Shown here: piece after piece, positions 53,167 through 64,000 of the stretch
How the letters are laid out: every line of letters begins with the position of its first letter
Position numbering within the stretch: the first letter of the stretch is position 1
Origin: Octopus vulgaris
Taxonomy: Eukaryota
DNA: 64,000 nucleotides
Direction: 5' to 3'
NCBI GenBank assembly: GCA_951406725.2
Contig: OX597817.1
Span: 41,416,001-41,480,000 of the forward strand
Program-made: the position numbers and the translations under genes
Notes under the pieces: generated by a model
The model's input: only the letters and a program-made list of their open reading frames with translations
What the model was told of the DNA's origin: nothing
Databases searched by the model: none

Positions 53167-53380
53167 CCCTTTCGTTACCAACCAGGCTGAAACTGGCTCT
53201 GGCTCTGAGTACAAATGTCTTGTTTTCATAAGTTTTTCATCTTCCATCAAATCTTAGTCACAATTTATGTTCCTAACACTAGTTTAATGACAACTAAGTT
53301 ATTTTACTAAATTCTTTGTTATATTTAAAGTAATTGAAGGAAACAGAAAGCATCTCAAAATAAATACAGTAACAAAAGGG
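53167..53380. mobile_element. piggyBac-type MITE inserted in a SINE
   Basis: TTAA|CCCTTTCGTTAC ... GTAACAAAAGGG|TTAA. Confidence 0.85.
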
Positions 53381-56303
53381 TTAACTTGGTACATATTACA
53401 TTGATCTCCTTTTGCTGAACTGCTAGTTTACAAGACATAAAGGGACACAGCATAAATATAAACACACATGATAAACTTCTCACAGTTTCACCAACAAATC
53501 CCATTCACAAGGCGTGGGTCAACCTAAGGACATAATAGCAGATATTTGCCCAGGGTGCTGCTGCACAGTGAAATTGGATGTGGAACCAGATGGTCAAAAA
53601 CTGAACTTATTAACCACACTAGTTTTTTTTTTTTTTTTTTTTTTTTACCTTTTTTAAAATTTCACTTTACTTACTAAGTTGGCCACAAGTAAGTTAAAAG
53701 TAGTTCCCCATCCTTATCATCATTTGAACATCCAATTTTTTATGCTTGCAAGAAAATATTATTTAAAAAAGATTTTCTATTCTTTTATTGGTTTTAGCTA
53801 CAGGTTTGTGGCCATGCTGGATCACTGCTTCCAATGCTTCTATTATATATTTTCAACCTTTTTTAAAAGCTTTAGTCAGTGAGCTTTAGTCAGTAAAAGA
53901 CACCTAGCCTAGGTACCACACAATGAGAATGAACATGAAACCATATGTTTGAGAAGCAAACCCCTTACTAGGGCCACACCAGCACCTATCAAGAATAGTC
54001 TTATAATTCATAATAATGGGCAGAGTAAAAGGAATTGTGCTTCATGTATTGCTGAGTTCCCCCATAGGATATGTGCATTATTTTAGTCAGAAACTTCTAT
54101 ACTGTAACATTTAGATTTTAAATTACATTTATATAGATGGGTTTACATTGAAAAAGTAAGACTAGATTCAAAAGCTAAATAACATTGGCAAAAACGAGAT
54201 TAGATACCAACTCTATTGGAAATCCAAGTAAAAGAAATAGGAACACCAGTTGTAAAGGCTTGCGAAAAAAGATATGAAGAGAATACAGATTTAATAGGTG
54301 GAAATTTTTACCTCATGTGTAGTAAAATGTAAATCTTGTATTGCAAAGAAAGGGAGGGGGGAACTACCAAATGTAAAAAGAAAAAAAAAGAAAAAACAGA
54401 CTGTAATAATAATGCTCTTGTCATTACTTCATTCAGATACATAAACATAAGCAGAGAGAGGTTTGAAGATAAGCAAAGTGAAGAAGCTATTAGAAAGAAA
54501 ACTTCATATGGAACATGTCTACTAGCTCGGTGTATATTTGTGTGTGTATGTATTTGTGTATGTGTGTGTGTCTATATACACATACACACAAAAATATATA
54601 TTTATGAAAATGAAATTAAAATTTTGTATGTGCTTGTTTATTTGTATTGAAGGGCTTTAAAGAAACTGTAGCCTGAAGAATTAAAAATATATCTTATTCA
54701 AAGAAAAATGTGTGTGTGTGTTGTTTATGAGTATGCATCCATAAGCATACATTATATTAACAGAACAAACAGAATTTTCGAAAATCTGTTTAAGATATCA
54801 AGATAATTGTATAGACTTTGAAATATTTAATGCAATATAATGTAGAGACGTAGACTAAACTGGAAATAAATGAATTTAACAAGTTTACAAAACTTTTGAA
54901 AATAGCCAAATTGATGGAAGATGCCAAATTTAAATGAAAGAACCATTCACAATAGTTAAACTCTTTCTAGTCAAAGATCAAACAGAAACAAGAAATCAAA
55001 TATCTGAATATTAATTTTATCTCTTTTGTTTTCATTATTATATGACATTTTCTATTCACATTGTCTATTCTTTGCAGAAAACAAGAATGGAAGTCAAAAC
55101 AGAATGTGTGTTTAAAAATCAAAATTAATAAATGTTAAAAATGGAAAAATAGAAAAAAAAAAAAAACAAAAAAAATTTTCGGCTCTTAAAAGTTAGTTTC
55201 TTTTATGTTACTAAACCCCAAGAGAAAAACTCGGCTTAATATCCATCACCACCCAAATTATCCACCAACATCTACCCGTCTATCCATGCAGCATGTATTG
55301 AAGAGGACCGTTCCACTGTTTCTAATAATCTTCCATGGGAAACTTATTTCACTGACACGATTGATTTTATTCTTATTAGTTTTTGGTTTGACAAGAGATA
55401 AAATGAAAATATGCCAAGATGGAAGAGATCCTGGCTATATTAAAAGTAATTTAAGTGGGAGATGCCCAGCTAACTCGACATTATATACACACACGCACAT
55501 ACTGCATTGTATAGTTATGCAAGACCTCACCCTGCAAAGGAAGCCTCAATGAGTCACCCTGGGTCCTGTATGTGATGTTGGGCCTATGTTACATGCTTCA
55601 GTGCCATTTCCTGAATACTCATTGTTGAAATTGAGGTGTGACTGAAATGTCAATGCTTCTTTTATACCATATATATATATTCTTTTATTCCTCTACTTGT
55701 TTCAGACATTTGAATGTGGCCATGTTGGAGCATCACCTTAAAGGGTTTTAATTGAACAAATCGACCCTTGAATTTATTCTTTGTAAGACTAGTACTTATT
55801 ATTCTATCGGCCTCTTTTTGCCGAACTGCTAAGTTACCGGGACCTAAACATACCCAGGGTCATCACTAAGCCCCTGCAACCCCTGCAGTTACAGGAGGCC
55901 TCTGCGGTTGAAGGGCTCCATGTTAAGATCAACTTACATAGATGAGCCATCTGTTTACTTTGGTTAAGATGTTAACTGAAAATTTCAAGACAGCCGAGGA
56001 AAAAATATGAAGGTGTACCGTAAATAAATTTAAAAGAAACAGAAAAGTAAATGGAAAAAGCTTTCCAATGAATTCCCTAGGGAGATAAAAGGAAAACGAA
56101 AGAAATTCAAAACAATGAAAATAAGGATAACTTCAAGAGAAAGACAAGAAAAAGAAGGGATGGTGATGAAAGGAGGGGATGTATACTTATACATACATAC
56201 AAACATACACACACAGGCATACATACACACATTCATACATACATATTTATGTCTGGCTTTTATCTGGTTCACTCTACCAAGTCCATTCACAAGGCTTTGG
56301 TCA

Positions 56304-56374
<71 letters not shown>

Positions 56375-56480
56375 TGTACCAAACACACACACATCTGGTA
56401 GTTTCCCTGTCTCTCCCTATCTGTGTGAGTGTGTATATATATATAAAGGGGTTTGTATGATTGTGTATAGAGGGATATAT

Positions 56481-56953
56481 ATTATTGAAAGAAATTCCAA
56501 CTCTGTTTTTTATGTTTTATTTATATTCTTTATAATATTAATGTAGAATATAGAATATATAGTACAAAAAGTATATATAGTAGTATAATGAAATGAAGAA
56601 TTGATTGTTTTTATTGAATAGATGAAATATTGAATATAAAATATTAAGGGACTAGTATACTTTCTTGCATTAAGGCGGTCTTCAAGGTCCCAGGTGGTGA
56701 CAGGAGTGTTTCAACAGTTGAAACACTCCTGTCACAACGTGGGACCTTGGAGACTGCTTTAATGCAAGAAAGTATACTAGTCCCTTAATATTTTATATTC
56801 AATATTTCATCTATTCAATAAAAACAATCAATTCTTCATTTCATTATACTACTATATATACTTTTTGTACTATATATTCTATATTCTACATTAATATTAT
56901 AAAGAATATAAATAAAACATAAAAAACAGACAGAGTTGGAATTTCTTTGAATA

Positions 56954-56955
<2 letters not shown>
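56481..56955. repeat. ~475-bp near-perfect palindrome (foldback/MITE-like) centred on 56716
   Basis: Centre reads GTGACAGGAGTGTTTCAAC-A-GTTGAAACACTCCTGTCAC. The ~235-bp arms have only ~6 substitutions and one 4-nt indel. TA-rich flanks. Confidence 0.95.
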
Positions 56956-57012
<57 letters not shown>

Positions 57013-57255
57013 GCGTTGTTATTTGATGGTGAAAAGCTGGTCACTTTGTACCCAGAACAGTTGCCTTTGACCTCCTAAGGCAATAAAAACTGGAGACAAA
57101 ATTCTTTCTGTATCAAAAGCAAGGCATGCGAGAGTGAACGCGTGCGTGCGCACATACACTCACACATAGACACACACATACAAAAGTTTGTGTGTGTGTG
57201 TGTATCTATCTATGTACAGAGGAGTAGGAAAAATATACAGTTAGTTTTTTTTATA

Positions 57256-57310
57256 TGTTGTGTTTTAGAATCATCACAGCAGAGTGCTGTGATGATTCTA
57301 AAATACAGCA
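57256..57310. repeat. 26-bp-stem hairpin with 3-nt loop
   Basis: TGTTGTGTTTTAGAATCATCACAGCA-GAG-TGCTGTGATGATTCTAAAATACAGCA. Both deviations are G-U pairs on the + strand. Confidence 0.9.
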
Positions 57311-58294
57311 AGCTGTAAGGGACTATGTTTGATTTTTGCATATAATAAAGGTGTGTAGATTATGGATTTTGATTGAAGAGATGAAGCCTCGAAAAAAATG
57401 TTGCGGGGGGGGGGGGGCTTCTAAAAGTCATGTGACAGCCCTGAACATACCAACATTAACTGTCAAGCGATGGCGACAGTGGTAGGGTATGGGGATGAAC
57501 ACAGACACAAATATATATATATATTACATACGACAGGCTCTTTCAGTTTCTGCCTACCAAATCCATTCACAAGGCTTTGGTTGGCCTGAGGTTATAGTAG
57601 AAGATACTTGCTGATGGTGCCACACAGTGGGACTGAACCCGGAACCATGTGGTTGGGAAACAAGCTTCTTACCACAGAGCTGTGCCTGTGCCTATATATA
57701 CACATAAATATGCACACACACACACACTCGTGTTTGTTTCTCTTACATGTTTATTTGCCAGCATGTGTTAGACATATACATTATTACTGTGACATAGGTT
57801 TACAAGTGGAAAAACTACTGTTGTTATCTTTTCGCTTGTTTTTCAAGTAAGGGATTCCACAAGTCTTTGAAGGCACAAAGTCAGCAAATGATTGCTTAAC
57901 AGATGTGACAACAACATCACATACAGTGCAAATGTAAAACACACACATGCGTGCGCATGTGTGTGTGATGGGTTTCTTTCATTTTCTATTTAGCAAATGG
58001 ACTCACAAGGCATTGATCGGCATGGAGCTATAATAGAACACACTTGACAAGTAAAGTGCTGCACAGAGGGACTAAACCTGAAACCATGCAGTTGCCAAAC
58101 AAACTTCTTAATTAGACAGCCATGCCTGTGCCTATTTATATTGAAATCTATATGCATACAAGCATGCAATTATACTTCCAATTTTTTCCATGACCCCAAA
58201 GGACAGGTCTTGCAAGGACTTGCCTTCTTTAGTAGTCCTTTATAATCAGGTATATACAACACAAGAGAAAATCATTAACATTTCCATGTGTGAA

Positions 58295-58590
58295 AGTGCC
58301 TGACTTAGTGGCGAGGGTGTTGAACTCATGACTGTGAGATCGTGGGTTCGATTCCCAGACCGGGTGTTTCGTTGTGTTCTTGAGCAAAGCACTTCATTTC
58401 ACATTGCTCTGCGATCACTTCGACATCTGACATGCAGCACCCAGTTGCACCTGTACAAATAATATCGATTTGATGGAGGGAGGGAGCATATGTCTACACA
58501 AACATTTGATCACTATAAACAAATCATCTGTGTGGTTGTTCAGTAAGAAATTGTTGAATCCTCATACATCGATTAATGACAGGAGAGTCC
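58295..58590 (+). mobile_element. tRNA-derived CORE-like SINE (tail variant shared with 31620-31880)
   Basis: TGACTTAGTGG A-box, GGTTCGATTCC B-box, GTGTTCTTGAGCAAAGCACTT core. Confidence 0.8.
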
Positions 58591-58630
<40 letters not shown>

Positions 58631-58633
<3 letters not shown>

Positions 58634-58950
58634 CAACAAAGTTTAAATTTTGGACATAGAGTTACCAAAGGTTTCGTATCCACAAAGCCAAAGCCTTTTA
58701 GACAGCTCATCAGACTCTATAAAAAGACAAAAAATTTAAACTTTCTACATTAAGACTTAAATCTCGATTTCTGAGAATTTCCTCGCATCTGTGACATAGA
58801 AAGTTTAAATTTTATGTCTGCCGAGCTGTCCACAAGGCTTTGTCTTTGTGAATATGAAACCTTTGGTAACTCTATGTCCAAGATATAAAACTTTTGTTGT
58901 AATAATTACCGATCCATTTTTTAGAGTGTGCTTCTTTTCTGATATATGTT
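58631..58950. mobile_element. Penelope-like element remnant: inverted pLTR pair, each arm with a hammerhead, and a unique 3' extension on the right arm
   Basis: Arms 58631-58747 and 58797-58902 are reverse complements around a ~49-nt spacer. The right copy (+) has a degenerate core (CTGCCGA...T-GAAA). Flanked by (TA)n. Confidence 0.7.
58656..58720 (-). ncRNA. Type I hammerhead ribozyme (Penelope pLTR-type) with intact catalytic core
   Basis: Minus strand reads ATAGAGT-CTGATGA-GCTGTCTAAAAGGCTTTGGCTTTGTGGATAC-GAAA-CC TTT GG-TA^ACTCTAT. It has a perfect 7-bp stem I, CUGAUGA, a G-C-closed stem II, GAAA, a short stem III and a GUA cleavage triplet. Confidence 0.8.
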
Positions 58951-58954
58951 TTAT

Positions 58955-59146
58955 TGACTATATATGACAGATCGCTAACCACTACACATTCTTTATCTTT
59001 TCTCCTTGTTTCTTTCTGCGTTCCATTCTGTGGAAGAGCATAAGCTCGAAACATTAAAGACTTTTTCACTTCCTGAGCATTATACTAATACATCTGTTTG
59101 TTGTCTACACCACCAGTCTTCGTCTTTTGTTTTTTTGTGAATTCTT

Positions 59147-59148
<2 letters not shown>
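58955..59148 (+). mobile_element. Second Penelope-like pLTR remnant with a degenerate minimal hammerhead
   Basis: CTGTGGA-A-GAGC ATAA GCTC-GAAA-CATT-AAAGAC at ~59028-59061. Its 3' end (gtcttcgtcttttgttttttgtgaattc + (TA)n) recurs reverse-complemented at ~37211-37262 and diverged at ~49800-49840. Confidence 0.5.
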
Positions 59149-59199
<51 letters not shown>

Positions 59200-59205
<6 letters not shown>

Positions 59206-59434
59206 TCATCATCATTTAATTTAATTTAATTTTTTGGTTCAAAAAGCAAAAGCAAGGCCATGTAGGGGGAGATGGAGTTATGTACAGGGAGGGTGTTCAT
59301 ACAAAGAGTTCAGGCCATTTCTGGTCAAGAGAGACTTTGAACCGAGTGGTCGTCGGCATCTTCACTATCTCGTCCGGCAGTTTATTCCACGGATTCACAA
59401 CCCGGACAGAGAAAGCCCCTCTCCTTCGATTGAG
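59200..59434 (-). mobile_element. 3' end of a second CR1-clade LINE
   Basis: Encodes LNRRRGAFSVRVVNPWNKLPDEIVKMPTTTRFKVSLDQKWPELFV* (stop at 59297-59299), the typical CR1 ORF2 C-terminus, followed by an (AATTA)n(GAT)n tail. Confidence 0.85.
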
Positions 59435-61085
59435 ATATATATTTTAGGCACGTGCATAATTTTTATGGTTGGATGTACCTTCGGTCATCACTCACTTTCA
59501 ACATGGGCTGGATACAGGTCATTGTGCCACTGGCATTAGAAAGATACAGCTGGACTATAGAGTGCTTTCTCTCTCTCTCTCTCGTGTCAGTTCTTATTCA
59601 GAGAACTACAACCTTCCTTTGTGAGATGCTGTTGCTGCAACATGTGTGTGTTGCAGGGGGAAAGCAGGATTGGTAGAGCACCAGACATAACATAATTTGT
59701 TTATGTTCTGATCTTCTAATTCCAGTTCCTGTGCACATGGCCACTTTAGCTTTTATACTTCTGAAGCTGGGTAAATTCTAGAAAGGAGTACACCAGCATG
59801 CCCAATCCAGTGGCTGACATCAACCTAGGAATAAGAGAATATACACACATACCCAATAAAAGACTGTACTATATGTAACAAAAGGAAAGAAAGGAAAAAA
59901 CAATGATCCAAGGAGAGAGAGAGGGGGGAGAGAAATGGGGGTAGCAAAAAAAGAGGAGAGGAGAGATAGGAGGGGAAAGAGATACATGGGAGATGGGGAG
60001 AAGGAGAGAGGGAGAGAGATGTGTATAAGCTGCAAATAATCATTATTTCTCCCAGGGAAACTTAGGGATTTGGTAAGTGAGGAACTGAAAACAAGGAACA
60101 CCACCTTTACCTGGATAACATCAACAGCTAACTGATTGTTAAGCATGGCTACCTTTTACTCATGATGATGGAGATTCATTGTGTTGGACCTAGTGGAACT
60201 AATCTCAGTTGAATACCGACAAAGGTACAAGTCAGTAAGTAGCTGTCTGAGCAAAGAATTTGTAGCATGTGCCACAAGAACTAACGTGTACCATATGCTA
60301 TAATAAAGTTGTCTGCCAAATCACAAAGTGATTTTAAGCTGCAAGTATCCGTAGGACTCCACCAAAAGACTTTCAGTTTCCTTCCCTCTTCATCATTTAA
60401 GCAGGCCTTTACAGATTGTAATTATGTATATATTCTTGAATTTTACAGTCAACAGGAGCAACAACTTGGTTGAATAATGATATTTTTACTTGAGCTGATG
60501 ACAGAGTATCAATGTGATAGATGACCTGTTAGAAATGGCAGCCAACTCACCCTAAAATCACACCCGAACATCTTAAATAAACAAACACAAGTGAAAAATA
60601 TATTGGATAATCTTGTTTTAAATATTTTATTTATATATTCTTTTTTTGTTGGCCCCTAAGAGGCCAGTTACTCAGTTTTCATGGTGTGTAAGTGACCAAG
60701 ATCAAAATGTTCCCTTGGACAGGACGCTGTCCATTATAGGGTTCACAACCAATAATTTTGAGGGGAAAGAAGGTAAGTCAATTAAACCATCCCCAGTACT
60801 TGGCTGAGACTTTATTTTCTCAACTCCCAAAAGAATGAAGGACAAAGCTGACCATAGCAGAATTTGAACTCAGAATATGATGTAGTTTGTGCATATTCCA
60901 CCACACAATACACTTTCTTTCTCACTGATGCTGTTATTTTGAATAATAACACCTCTGGTGAGCATTTCGGAAAAGACTAAATTATCAGTGTTGCCAAACA
61001 AAACCTGGAAAGTTTACTTTTCATATTACATCTGCATTGTTGCAATATACTCATTAAAGCACTCACAGGTATGTTTTTGAGACAG

Positions 61086-61460
61086 TGTCACATGACAACT
61101 TGCTGGGGCTGCCTGCTGGAGCCTAGTGGCAGGTATTTAAAAGGAAAAAATTTGACAAGTCAGTCAGTCGCCCGCTGACACTCGTTGACGCTACATTGAA
61201 GAGGCCAGGGAACAGAAAAAAGAAGAAGAAAGAAAACATGCACTCAACACCAGAGCTGAAGACACCGCCGAAAGGGGAGGCCCCGCCACATCAAAACAGT
61301 AGAGGAGTAGGGGCTGAAACCGGACGTGGTTCCTCCTGATGACGTCTTGAGCTAACTGGATCCTATAAAGGAGATGTTGTGGTAGCAGACCACGAAACAC
61401 GGTTGTAATTCCTCCTGTATAAAAAGCTGGAAGAATAACCTCTAAGCCCTTTATTTGACA
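61086..61460 (+). mobile_element. Solo-LTR-like element
   Basis: TGTCA...TGACA termini, TATA-like TATTTAAAAGG followed by CAGTCAGTC, AATAAC near the 3' end, and GC/CpG-rich relative to flanks. No intact TSD. Confidence 0.45.
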
Positions 61461-62367
61461 TGCTAATGACCGACCCTTCCAGTTAGCTGCTTAAATACTT
61501 TACAGAAGGATAAAAATGGAGAAAGACAGGAAGGCCACAGTTGGAAAACATTTAGTCTGAAGACTACTCAGTCAGTGATGTCCTTTGAACAAACATCAAC
61601 AACATTCCTACCTTCCCTGCTCATCAACAAAGAAAAATGTCTTGTAAAATTGTAGCAATTTAGCAATCAGGAATAACAAGGGATAGCCATCGGTTGACAA
61701 TTAATTTTCAAACATAAGTGTTCCCTTATTTGCTCCTGATCAGTTTGATTACAGATATTAATTAAATCAATTTCAAAGTAACTATCATAGGAAAAGCTCC
61801 AAATTTGAATTGGCATTGAATCAAATTAATAAACTCGACTAATTAAAAACATGTTAATTTAAATTGTTTTCCTAAATGAAATTTTCTATTTTTGAAAGGA
61901 AGAAAGATTCAAAAAATAATTTGGGAAATGGGAAGAGTGATGAAGCATTTCAAAAATATTTTTGAACAAATACAATATATACAGTATAATAGTGTTTAAT
62001 GAACACAGGTGTGGCTATGGTGTTAAACATCTAACCTTGCAATCACAAGGTTCTGGGTTTGATTCCACTGTACATCACTCAAGGTAAGTGCTTTCTATCA
62101 CAGTTACAGCTGATTCCTTGTGAATGAAGTTTGGCAGAGGGAAACTGTGAGAAAGTCTGGCATATATATCATCTTTTATCTTTTACTTGCCTAAGGTGCC
62201 ATGTAATGGGACTGAACCTGGAAGCATGCAGTTGAGAAGGAAACCTTTTACCACACAGCCATGCCTATATTCATTATTTTAAAAGTTGACACACTACTCA
62301 GAGTAGTTTCACTCTAGGTTGGGCTGTTTACAACAGTCATGAAAGTCTGGCTAAAACTCTCAGCACA

Positions 62368-63052
62368 CTCTTTTACTTGTTTCAGTCATTTGACTGTGGC
62401 CATGCTGGAGCACCGCCTTTAGTCAAGCAAATCGACCCCAGGACTTATTGTTTGTAAGCCTAGTACTTATTCTATCAGTTTCTTTTGCTGAACCGCTAAG
62501 TTACGGGGATGTAAACACACCAGCATCAGTTGTCAAGCGATGTTGGGGGGACAAACACAGACACCCAAACATATACACATCCATAAACAGGCACACATTT
62601 TGTATTTCATAGCTAACATGAATAATGAAGTAAATACCATAGACTGAAGAACACTTGAAGACAGTGCCCCTGCATGGCCACACTCTCAATGACTGAAACC
62701 AGCAAAAGAAGAATAAATGAAGAAGGTATCAAAAGATGAGGTATCAATTGTTTCAAGGCACATCACAATAGTATAACATTTGAGAGACTCTTTTGACGAA
62801 CTGGTAAATTATGAGGACGTAAACGCACCAACATTGGTTGTCAAGCGATGGTGGAGGGACAAACACAGGCACACAAATATAATATATATATATATGACAG
62901 GCTTCTTTCAGTTTTCATCTACTAAATCCACTCACAAGGCTTTGGTTGGCCCGAGACTATAGTAGGAGACACTTGCATGAGGAGCTCAGTGGGACTGAAC
63001 CCGGAACCATGTAGTTGGGAAATAAGCTTGTTACCACACAGCCACTCCTGTA
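62368..63052 (-). mobile_element. Cluster of SINE family C pieces
   Basis: 3' half at 62368-62570 and 5' part at 62790-63052, with a + strand tail fragment at ~62650-62712 between them. Confidence 0.75.
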
Positions 63053-64000
63053 TCTATAGATATATAAAATATTTAAAGAATTATAATACATGATTATCTA
63101 TTACTTATGATTAGAAATGTTTAAGCCTTTATAATGAGTAAGAAAAAATATATATATTGAGTGCATCTCTTTCGTTGCTCTTCAATTTAAAATCCCAACT
63201 TTTAATCTAGCCAGGATTGATTTTGGAAATGATTATCACCCTTACAAAAACATCAGCTGCAAGGGCAAACCACATAGTCAAAAAACTTCATATTGTCTGG
63301 AAGTCCTTCTACAACCATTTGGCTGTCATCTATTAGAAATAATCTCCTCATTAACTTTTGCACATATCAATGAATTACATAAATACTGGAGCTCTTGTGT
63401 AAAACACTTGACAGCAATTGAGCTTTTCCACAAACAAATCTTGACTGTCATAAGAGCAGAGATTACACGTCTCAAATCTTAATCGTTAAAATAACAAACC
63501 AGCACAGATGAGATGACCAAAACTAACTAGAAAATTAACTCAATTATCAAGAGCCATTAAGCCGGACATGTTAGATAGAAGATGTAATTACAACTCAGTG
63601 ATAAAGTCTTTGTATTGTTTTCAGCATTGTTCTCCCGGTTCTAATTTTGGTTTGAAATGCAATCTCAGTCATTATGATCTTCCATACTTGATCAAGTAAA
63701 TAATAGTAATATATTAAAAGAAGCAATAACAGGAAGACCAGATTTAGATTGTTGAATATATTCAGATCACTGGAAAATTCAGATAAGATACTCATTGATT
63801 ATGGATCTGATTAATAATGCTTGAGAAAGGTTGTAGGGTCGTACAGTACAGATCTTTTATCTTTTACTGGTTCCAGTCATCAGACTGTGGCCATGCTGGG
63901 GCACTGCCTTGAAGAATTTTAGTTGAACGAATCAACCCCAGTACTTTTTAAGCCTGGTACTTACTTATTTTATTGGGCTCTTTTAATGAACTGTTAAGTT

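Larger units (their letters stand above)
55855..57443. mobile_element. Non-autonomous hAT-superfamily DNA transposon (1589 bp) inserted into a SINE
   Basis: Imperfect TIRs CAGGGTCATCAC / GTGACAGCCCTG and a perfect 8-bp TSD AACATACC (55847-55854, 57444-57451). The SINE sequence resumes exactly across the insertion. Confidence 0.85.
55680..57692 (-). mobile_element. SINE family C split by the hAT element (pieces 55680-55854 and 57444-57692)
   Basis: 3' tail at 55680-55850 and head at 57530-57692. The joined sequence matches 62368-62570 and 62790-63052. Confidence 0.85.

Noticed and set aside
48208-64000. Upstream KIF13 exon (GYNxCIFAYGQT) and, in 1-18311, the downstream LVDLAGSE exon
   Set aside because: Searched by eye on the minus strand and not found. 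Presumed outside the window, though a miss cannot be fully excluded.

Overview
Eukaryotic, very AT-rich, microsatellite- and SINE-dense DNA whose repeat families look like those of an octopus (coleoid cephalopod). That taxon is recognised from memory, not from a database search. The window lies inside a large minus-strand kinesin-3 gene (KIF13A/B, Khc-73 type). Three motor-domain exons (48027-48207, 31286-31373, 18312-18446) have canonical GT-AG ends and splice in frame; the flanking exons were not found in the window. On the opposite strand, apparently nested in a KIF13 intron, is an intronless 722-aa ORF (1273-3441) encoding an unrecognised type I membrane mucin-like protein. The rest is intronic: several tRNA-derived SINE families, decayed LINE fragments, piggyBac- and hAT-type MITEs, a Helentron-type HINE, a solo-LTR-like element and many microsatellites. 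The most striking non-coding structures are (i) an inverted pair of Penelope-type hammerhead ribozymes at 58631-58902, where the copy with an intact core is on the KIF13 pre-mRNA strand and is preceded by its own antisense, and (ii) a 1.6-kb hAT element with an 8-bp TSD that splits a SINE and carries a ~475-bp near-perfect palindrome plus a 26-bp hairpin. Almost all short ORFs in the supplied track are microsatellite or repeat artefacts.
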